Assembly (NCBI GenBank): GCA_038127845.1
Contig: JAYPIL010000001.1
Coordinates: 7,960 to 71,959 of the forward strand
Direction: 5' to 3'
DNA from: Poseidonia sp.
GTDB lineage: Archaea; Thermoplasmatota; Poseidoniia; Poseidoniales; Poseidoniaceae
DNA length: 64,000 nt
Below are positions 57,325 to 64,000 of this stretch, in pieces. A program made the position numbers and the translations under genes. The notes under the pieces were generated by a model. The model was not told where the DNA came from and did not search any database. It saw only the letters and a list, made by a program, of their open reading frames with translations. The stretch's first letter is position 1, and the number at the start of each line of letters is the position of its first letter.

Positions 57325-58974
57325 TCAAGCAAGCCGCCAGACCAAAACAGAGGCGCCGTCAACAGCGGCGTCATCCACCGAGGTTGGACCGCGTTCACCG
57401 TCGACAAAGTATTCCCATCCCGATGCCGACGTACCGTTAATGGCCTCAACATAGACGCCGATGGCCGTTGATTGAAGCGAAAGCGAGAGGTCCAAATCCT
57501 GACATGCGGCTTCCGTGAGTTGAAGCACGGTTTGATGACCAACAAAACCACCGGCCACGAGGGAATGGCCCCCGAATTCAATCACCACGACTTGTGTACT
57601 CCTCCAGGAATCGGGCCAGGTTTCGTTCCATGTGTCTTGTTCCGAGGTTGATTCAGGAGAGGTCACGAAAGCATTCCAAGAAGCGGTCAAAGAGGGAAGC
57701 ATCACCAAAGCAAGACCTACAAGCACGACTGAAAGCCAGCGCCAAGCGGCCACGGTGCTCCGTGTGGATGCAAGTCCGGCAACGGCACCAAGCGAGGTGA
57801 TCAGAATCAATGCACCGAACACGTCGGTGATACTGGATTCCTCCGGGTTCACCACCGATTCTTCGTCCAACAACGCCATGAGGACACCCGCATCGTTTCC
57901 GAGGAACATGTGGCCGTTCACCACCTCGGGAGCCGCCGTACCGTACCCGTCATAGGGCGTGGTCAGCGTCATCAATTCACTGAGGACGCCGTTCTCATCC
58001 ACCGAAACGGCCATCCAGCCTCCTTTCACGGTGTTCACGGGGGCATGGAGAACGGTAGGCGAAGTCCACGCCATCTCTCCGTTGATATGAGCACTGACCG
58101 ATGAGGCGATGGCACACGTTTCCGAGCACAAAACGGAGGTCATGTTGAGGCTATCTGCAAAAATAGCCCCACCGTCAAACATCACCGGGACAGCCGGGGA
58201 AGGCCCCAGCGATGCGATGGTGGTCTGTTCGAGAGAGGACACATCAACCGCCACAAGTTCGCTTGCAGTGGAGGTTTGAGCGTGCACGAGAAGTGTATCG
58301 CCAACGAACAGAGGTGCATGGCGCAACGAGCCAACGAGGGTAAGCGATTGGTTCACGACACCTTCCCTGTTGACGTGCCACAAGCGTCCCTGCTCGTCGC
58401 CCATCCAGAAGCCTTGCGCGGTTGCAGACACTCCGTTTCGCCACCCGAGTCCCAATTCAACTTGGAAATCAACGGCCCCGTCGGCCAAACAATACCGGGC
58501 CATGCCGTTGCGCAACGGAACGACCACGTGGTCACCGTCAAGCAGGGAACGGCCCGTAATTCCCCAGCCATCCACGAGCGTGTGAACCGACCAAACCAAG
58601 GTTCCGTTCTCCGGGTGATGGGCGGTGTACTGGCCGTCTGCCCAGCCCACAAGAAGCAACTCAGGCCACACGCCGCAAGGTCCCTCGCCACCAGAGACGA
58701 GCATGAGCGGCGCCATGTCGTGCTGGGTTGCGTTTGGATTGGTGTGTTCCCAAAGAAGGGCGCCGTCATGGTCGAACGCCATCACCTGAGGGCGTTCTTC
58801 ACCGGTCCAAAATCCAGAGGTTCGAATGAAGACACGGTCTTCATCGGCCACAGGAGAGGTGGTGATGTAACCGGGACCAACATCTCGCGTCCAATCCGGC
58901 GCAGCCATGCTGGCGGTGGTTGCAGGAAGCGAGACAAGAACGATGAGCAGAACAACGAACACGATTTGCCGCAT
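57325..58974 (-). CDS. PQQ-like beta-propeller + 2 TM + DUF4430 (transcobalamin-like) protein
   Basis: Signal peptide, G.L.W blade motifs, and C-terminal GVYVEAING..GWEYFVDG. Confidence 0.75.
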   Translation of the reverse strand: MRQIVFVVLLIVLVSLPATTASMAAPDWTRDVGPGYITTSPVADEDRVFIRTSGFWTGEERPQVMAFDHDGALLWEHTNPNATQHDMAPLMLVSGGEGPCGVWPELLLVGWADGQYTAHHPENGTLVWSVHTLVDGWGITGRSLLDGDHVVVPLRNGMARYCLADGAVDFQVELGLGWRNGVSATAQGFWMGDEQGRLWHVNREGVVNQSLTLVGSLRHAPLFVGDTLLVHAQTSTASELVAVDVSSLEQTTIASLGPSPAVPVMFDGGAIFADSLNMTSVLCSETCAIASSVSAHINGEMAWTSPTVLHAPVNTVKGGWMAVSVDENGVLSELMTLTTPYDGYGTAAPEVVNGHMFLGNDAGVLMALLDEESVVNPEESSITDVFGALILITSLGAVAGLASTRSTVAAWRWLSVVLVGLALVMLPSLTASWNAFVTSPESTSEQDTWNETWPDSWRSTQVVVIEFGGHSLVAGGFVGHQTVLQLTEAACQDLDLSLSLQSTAIGVYVEAINGTSASGWEYFVDGERGPTSVDDAAVDGASVLVWRLA

Positions 58975-58981
58975 CGCTGGC

Positions 58982-61000
58982 TCACTCCATCACCGATTGA
59001 ATCGCAGCCCGCAACAATGCACTGACCTCTTTTCCATCGGCTCCACCGGCAGCCTGCATGACGACACCCATCAACGGACCCATTGCCCCCATGCCCCGTT
59101 CCTTCACGAAGTCGAGTCGTTCTGCGACGATGCCGTTGATGATGTCCTCCAAACCACCGAGGTCAGCCGGAGCCAAGTCGTTTGACTGGCAATAGGCAAG
59201 CAAGGCCTCGTACGGAAGGTTCTGGTCTTGGTGCTCAAGGATGACCGTGTCCATGTGGTCCCTTGCCAACGCACCCTCCTCTTTGAGGCGCAATACATGG
59301 GCGAGAAGCGTTGGAGAAACCGTATCGTGATTCAACAGCAAGGCCGCCCATGCCTTGGCAGGGAGATGGTCGGCATGTTCGCAGAACACATCATCCAACT
59401 CCCGGGCCAGAAGTTGGTCTGCTTGGTCCTCCGAGATACCGTAGGTCGAAAGGCGGTCTGCCCGTTCGGCATCTGACATCGGAAGACGGGAAAGGACATC
59501 CTCCCATGTTTCCTTGCTCAAAGGGAGAGGAGGGACATCGGTTTCTGGATACATACGAGAGCGCCCCGGAAGAGGGCGCATGGGCGAGGTCGTTCCGTCC
59601 TCAGGAGCGCCTTTCTTCACGACCACGTTTCGAACCTCTTGGGGTGTTCGATGCCAGGCAAGACGAGCGCGGTTGACCACCGCTTCAAGCGCCAGTGTGG
59701 CTTGCCAATCGGGTGCGCAACACAGCACGAACGCATCATGCTCACCAAGTTTCAGGGATGCACGCACCGAAGCCACTTCGTCAGCCGTGATGCCGTAGGC
59801 CGGAAGTTCATCGGCATGGAAGATGCCTTTTACACCAGCAAGTTTCGCAGCACCGGCCAACTCACGACCCAAACGAGGAAGTTGGGCGCCCTCTTCATCC
59901 AGTTTCTTGGTGCCAAGGTGCCCCAACAACCCAGAAAGAGGGAGCGCCTTCATGACGGCTCCGTTGGCCATGCTGTCTGCGATCATGGAGGACTCGGTCG
60001 ATGAGAAACTGTCGGAAACATCCTGCAGTTTCAGCGGCAGAATGGTTTCGACCGCCTGAGCAACGCTTGATTCGGTTGCCTCATCGTCAAGGCTGCGATG
60101 CGGTGGCAGTGGAGGGAAGTCGTGGGCTGCTCGGAGCGTGTTGGCGAGCCGATAGAAGTGCAACTGACGGGCCATCTCCAACCGAATGATTCGGGGAATC
60201 CAGCCGAGGTCTTGACAGCCCTTGATCTCCACACGGTCGCCTGCACCGATGGAGACGTTGAGGTCCTGTCGAATGCTACCGAGCCCCCGCCGTACCCGTC
60301 GTGTTTGTCGAAGGACACGGCCCAAGGCCATGGCCGTGGACTTGGCATGGTCGGGCGAGACGATGTCGGGCGATGTGGCGATTTCAATCAACGGAAGACC
60401 AAGCCGGTCAAGATTGTAAATGACCTGTTGCCCGGTAGGGGTCACGACGGTGTCGAGTTTTCGAGCACTGTCCTCTTCCAAACAGACCACGTCAATGCCG
60501 ACCTCGCCTTCCTCAGTTTGAAGCACGCCGTCGGTAGCGATGAGCGATGTTCGTTGGAAACCACTGGTGTTGGAGCCATCAACCACCGTTTTTCGCATGG
60601 TTTGAATCAAGGAAACGGGTTGTGCCTCAAGCAGCGCAGCCACCGTCAAAGAAATGTCGACCGCTTGCGAATCCAATTCCACGGGAGGTTGTTCATCAAG
60701 TTCAATCAAGCCTGCATTGGGTGACTGAGCGTAGACGAAACTCCGATTTCGTTTGGACTCAAAGCGTGCGGCGACATCAACAGCGCCCCCTTCACCCCGA
60801 GAAGCGCGAAGACGGCGTTCAAACCTCGGCCAGTCCTCCGGAAGCGTCTCAATCGTAATGTCGTAGAGCTCCCCGCTTTGACGCGAATGAAGTTTCCCGG
60901 TTGCCAATTGCTGATGGACTTCAATACCGCACATGAAGCCCAAGGCCTCGGGAATCAAGGCGTTGGCCTGATGAACTTCGCCTTGAGGTTCACCGGCCAT
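58982..61000 (-). CDS. gatE: Glu-tRNA(Gln) amidotransferase subunit E
   Basis: GIEVHQQL, MRKTVVDGSNTSGFQRT, LEEDSAR, RGLGSIRQDLN, RMYPETD. Confidence 0.96.
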   Translation of the reverse strand: MAGEPQGEVHQANALIPEALGFMCGIEVHQQLATGKLHSRQSGELYDITIETLPEDWPRFERRLRASRGEGGAVDVAARFESKRNRSFVYAQSPNAGLIELDEQPPVELDSQAVDISLTVAALLEAQPVSLIQTMRKTVVDGSNTSGFQRTSLIATDGVLQTEEGEVGIDVVCLEEDSARKLDTVVTPTGQQVIYNLDRLGLPLIEIATSPDIVSPDHAKSTAMALGRVLRQTRRVRRGLGSIRQDLNVSIGAGDRVEIKGCQDLGWIPRIIRLEMARQLHFYRLANTLRAAHDFPPLPPHRSLDDEATESSVAQAVETILPLKLQDVSDSFSSTESSMIADSMANGAVMKALPLSGLLGHLGTKKLDEEGAQLPRLGRELAGAAKLAGVKGIFHADELPAYGITADEVASVRASLKLGEHDAFVLCCAPDWQATLALEAVVNRARLAWHRTPQEVRNVVVKKGAPEDGTTSPMRPLPGRSRMYPETDVPPLPLSKETWEDVLSRLPMSDAERADRLSTYGISEDQADQLLARELDDVFCEHADHLPAKAWAALLLNHDTVSPTLLAHVLRLKEEGALARDHMDTVILEHQDQNLPYEALLAYCQSNDLAPADLGGLEDIINGIVAERLDFVKERGMGAMGPLMGVVMQAAGGADGKEVSALLRAAIQSVME

Positions 61001-61048
61001 GATGCGGGGAGGCGTTCACCCTTCATGAGGACCACCCTCGCCTCGGCC

Positions 61049-63178
61049 TCAAACCAACTGCAACGTGTCGTATCCGGACGGGCGCATCATCCGACCGTCA
61101 CGGCATAATTTGTCGATGATGTCTTCGGCCTTGGCTCGGGGAATGTCCTTTCGCTCAGCCTCAGTCAGCACGTCCAGGAGTGCGGCTGAGGTACCTGAAT
61201 CGTTCTGCAACACTGAAACAATGTCCATGATGGCTTTCTCTTGGTTGCGAACCTGGCCTTTCTTTCCAGATTCAATGGTGGTCAGGTCGAAATCTTCGCC
61301 CATCAATTCGTGACGCCACGTTTCCGTCAAGCGAATGGCCCGTTCAGCATCCTCGAGCGTGGCCGTGTTGGTCAAACGGATTCGAGCACTGGCTTCTGCA
61401 AGGCGAGAAAGCGCCTCCAGCGAACGGGCGGTGATGGCGACGCTGTCCTGAGATTCACCGCCTTTGGTTCGGGTCTTGACATAGTAGGCGACGATTTTCG
61501 CACGGGCCTCGTCGTTGAGCGCAGGGTGGAAGTTTCGCTTTGAATAGGCGACATACTTTCGTAAGACGTCGCGTGGAAGTTGCAGATACTTTCCGTCCTT
61601 TTTCACCTCGGTGGACTTGCTGGCCGATGAACGGGACGGGTCCGGTAGTTTCCCTTCGCTGACAAGCAATTCACTGCTTCCCTCAACCCGTGTTTTGATG
61701 ATGTGTTCTGCAATTTTTTCATCGTTCAATTCATCGGGCGTGTCGGTCAACAACCAAATGATGTCAAAGCGGGAAATCAGCGGTGGAGCGAGATTGATTT
61801 GGGCCGTAAAGGGGCGGTCACTGAGCGGCTGAAATCGTCCGCTCGACGGGTTGGCGGCCGCCAGCACCGCACATCGTGTTCGAAGGCTGGCGTTGATGCC
61901 CGCTTTGGAGATGGAGATGGTTTGCTGCTCCATGGCTTCGTGCATGCTCGAGCGGTCGGCGGTGTTCATTTTGTCAAACTCGTCGATGGCGGCAAGGCCA
62001 AGGTCGGCCAAGACAAGCGCACCCGCTTCGAGCGTCCATCGACCGTCTGCGCTCGCATCTTGAACAGCAGCAGCCGTCAATCCTGCAGCGGAAGCGGACT
62101 TTCCTGAAGCGAACCGTCCTCGTGGTGAGATGGTTGACATGTAGTGGAGAAGTTGGGATTTCGCAACACCGGGGTCACCCATCAGGAGGATGTGAATATC
62201 ACCTCTGTTTCTTGTCCCGTCTTCGTTAACCTGAGCCTCGCCGCCAAACAACTGGAGCATCAACGATTCTTTGACCCGCTCCATGCCGAAAATGGACGGT
62301 GCGATGCTACGAATCAGCGTATCGTAAACGCCAGGGTCTTTTGCGATTTCTTTGATCTCGTTTTCTTCTTCTTCGGAGATGACGATCTCCTCAAGGGGAA
62401 TGTTCTGCCGCTCAAGCGAATGAATGCGCAGGAAGATGTCGAACACAGGCGTGTCTTTGCCGCCTTTCCGCTGGGAGCGAATGAACAGGACGCCGTTTGC
62501 TTTCACCCGGTCGCCCGGATTGAGACGCCCTGCAAGGTCTTGTTCTGCGATGCAAACAATGCGTTCTGGTTGAATGCCACCTTTCATCTGCTCGGGAAGT
62601 TCCTGAAGTTCAATGAATTGAGAATTGATGAGGTGAGAGGATTGCTGCTGAAGCAAAAACCGCGTTTGTCGCTTGGGCCGTCCGCATCCGCCTTCGATTT
62701 GTGAACACTCGAGCGGTTCGATCAGTTCTTGCTCGTTGGGTTGCGTGATGTCCATGACATGGCCGCAAGCGACGCATTCGAAAACAGCCGTGTACAAGCG
62801 AGGACGTACCCCTGAAATTTTGGTTGTCACGGCGTCGATGGCGATTAACCGGTCAATGTCGGCTGCACGGAGTTGGGAAACCGTTCGCACTTGGTCGGGC
62901 GGCAGGTGCATGATGCGAACAAATGGCAGAATGTTGCCCGCTCCAACATCGAGCATGAACTGCTGGAGCGCTTTGTTGGCGGCTTCAAAGTGAAGGTCGG
63001 GTTTGGCCAGAATATCCTGCGCAAATTCATGGTCGTAGCCTTCCACTTCACGGTAAGAAACTTCCAAAGATTCAATGTCGGGCCACATTTTTGAGAGGTT
63101 GTGGATGGCTTCGGAATACTTGTCTTGGAACAGCGAAGTCCAGCGAGCGGGAAGGTCAAATTCTTGAATCGCTGACAT
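61049..63178 (-). CDS. mcm: replicative helicase MCM
   Basis: Zn finger C..C/C..C, GDPGVAKSQ, IDEFDKM, EAMEQQ, AAANP, SRFD; start placed at ATG 63178 with a GGTG SD. Confidence 0.97.
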   Translation of the reverse strand: MSAIQEFDLPARWTSLFQDKYSEAIHNLSKMWPDIESLEVSYREVEGYDHEFAQDILAKPDLHFEAANKALQQFMLDVGAGNILPFVRIMHLPPDQVRTVSQLRAADIDRLIAIDAVTTKISGVRPRLYTAVFECVACGHVMDITQPNEQELIEPLECSQIEGGCGRPKRQTRFLLQQQSSHLINSQFIELQELPEQMKGGIQPERIVCIAEQDLAGRLNPGDRVKANGVLFIRSQRKGGKDTPVFDIFLRIHSLERQNIPLEEIVISEEEENEIKEIAKDPGVYDTLIRSIAPSIFGMERVKESLMLQLFGGEAQVNEDGTRNRGDIHILLMGDPGVAKSQLLHYMSTISPRGRFASGKSASAAGLTAAAVQDASADGRWTLEAGALVLADLGLAAIDEFDKMNTADRSSMHEAMEQQTISISKAGINASLRTRCAVLAAANPSSGRFQPLSDRPFTAQINLAPPLISRFDIIWLLTDTPDELNDEKIAEHIIKTRVEGSSELLVSEGKLPDPSRSSASKSTEVKKDGKYLQLPRDVLRKYVAYSKRNFHPALNDEARAKIVAYYVKTRTKGGESQDSVAITARSLEALSRLAEASARIRLTNTATLEDAERAIRLTETWRHELMGEDFDLTTIESGKKGQVRNQEKAIMDIVSVLQNDSGTSAALLDVLTEAERKDIPRAKAEDIIDKLCRDGRMMRPSGYDTLQLV

Positions 63179-63246
63179 GGTGTTCACCGCCGGGAGATTG
63201 AACAACATTGGCGACGGGATATAACGGTTGTTCGGGAAAAAAAGCA

Positions 63247-63323
63247 CCCCCTCGTTTCCACTGGAAAATCGCATCACTGCAGCCCCTGTTTTTGTCAACA
63301 TCGGGATGACGACTGGAAACGAG
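63247..63323. promoter_or_regulatory. ORB (origin recognition box)-like element plus inverted partial copy
   Basis: The minus strand of 63247-63266 reads TTCCAGTGGAAACGAGGGGG; TGGAAACGAG at 63314-63323 is the exact reverse complement of 63251-63260. Confidence 0.65.
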
Positions 63324-63366
63324 CCGTGCAGAAGACATCATGGAGCGAAGCCGGCGTTGGAGAACC

Positions 63367-63975
63367 ATGAGAGTGACCTTCGCCCACGGACTTTGGAGCG
63401 GACCTGCCAGCAGCAAAGCCGCATGGATGCGAGCACAAGGATGGGACGTGGTCGCTTTGGACATGCGGAAATTCGGCTGGGACCAAGCCAGCCAGACCCG
63501 AGCGGTGCTCGAAGCCATTGACGAGCAGGGGCCCTTTGACCTCCTCATCGGTTCCTCCTTTGGCGGCCTTGCGACGGCCAATGCAGCTGCTCAACGCCCA
63601 CATCACCCGCTCAAACTCGTGTTGTTGGCCCCTGCTTTTGGCTATCCTGAATTGGTTGCTTCGACCCTCGGGAAAGAGGCCATGGCCCGCTGGGAGGACA
63701 CGGGTGAACACGCCTTTCACCCACCCGGCTGGGATGAACCGATTGTGATGCCCTGGTCCTTTGTTGAAGCGGCCCGTCCGTTGGCTTGGCCAGCGCTGCC
63801 GCACCCAACGGCCATTCTCCACGGTGAAGAGGATGATGTTGTCCCCTTGGCCAACAGTCAACGCGCTGTTGCCAACAACGACGGTGTTCATCTTGAGGTG
63901 GTGAACGATGGTCATCGCCTTCACGCCAGCCTCGAGCACCTGCTTCCGTTGGCGGAGCGTCTGCTCAATGCATGA
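63367..63975 (+). CDS. YqiA/YcfP-like alpha/beta hydrolase
   Basis: HGLWSGP.S.K, GSSFGG, LLAPA, HGEEDDVVP, DGH. Confidence 0.88.
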   Translation: MRVTFAHGLWSGPASSKAAWMRAQGWDVVALDMRKFGWDQASQTRAVLEAIDEQGPFDLLIGSSFGGLATANAAAQRPHHPLKLVLLAPAFGYPELVASTLGKEAMARWEDTGEHAFHPPGWDEPIVMPWSFVEAARPLAWPALPHPTAILHGEEDDVVPLANSQRAVANNDGVHLEVVNDGHRLHASLEHLLPLAERLLNA

Positions 63976-64000
63976 GGGGTCAACGATAGCATCATGAAGC

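Noticed and set aside
57285..58981. Cobalamin riboswitch for the putative B12 module
   Set aside because: The intergenic gaps are only 7 and 40 nt and no B12-box is visible
61049..63301. Intein or N-terminal extension in MCM
   Set aside because: About 709 aa from ATG 63178 is a normal length with contiguous motifs; the extension to 63301 runs through the promoter and ORB
1..64000. CRISPR array, tRNA/rRNA, IS element, integrase or prophage
   Set aside because: No regularly spaced repeats, cloverleaf/T-loop motifs, transposase, integrase or virion genes seen; intergenic space is minimal

Overview
Gene-dense, GC-rich archaeal chromosomal segment. The archaeal markers (MCM, GatE, RaSEA, Pth2, a TFB-like factor, archaeal YchF) together with many bacterial-type metabolic genes suggest Marine Group II Euryarchaeota (Ca. 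Poseidoniales); this is an inference. About 47 CDS tile the window almost without gaps. I saw no rRNA, tRNA, CRISPR array, transposase, integrase or prophage. All product calls come from motifs recognised by eye, not from database searches. Most notable: (1) a non-canonical YTSAW (mostly TT[C/G]A[A/T]) element at -29/-30 from 15 likely start codons, where an archaeal TATA box would sit, suggesting a lineage-specific core promoter and leaderless mRNAs; (2) a cbb3-oxidase subunit I (CcoN)-like membrane protein lacking its metal-ligand histidines and carrying two EF-hands, in an operon preceded by a perfect palindrome; (3) a candidate vitamin B12 capture module (beta-propeller + DUF4430-like protein next to a CbrT-like ECF S component); (4) a canonical ORB with a G-string plus an inverted partial copy in the mcm promoter; (5) an AddAB-like helicase-nuclease pair with Fe-S staple cysteines in both subunits, divergent from a highly diverged TFB; (6) a roughly 2770-aa surface protein and large orphan proteins, one with a PIN domain.
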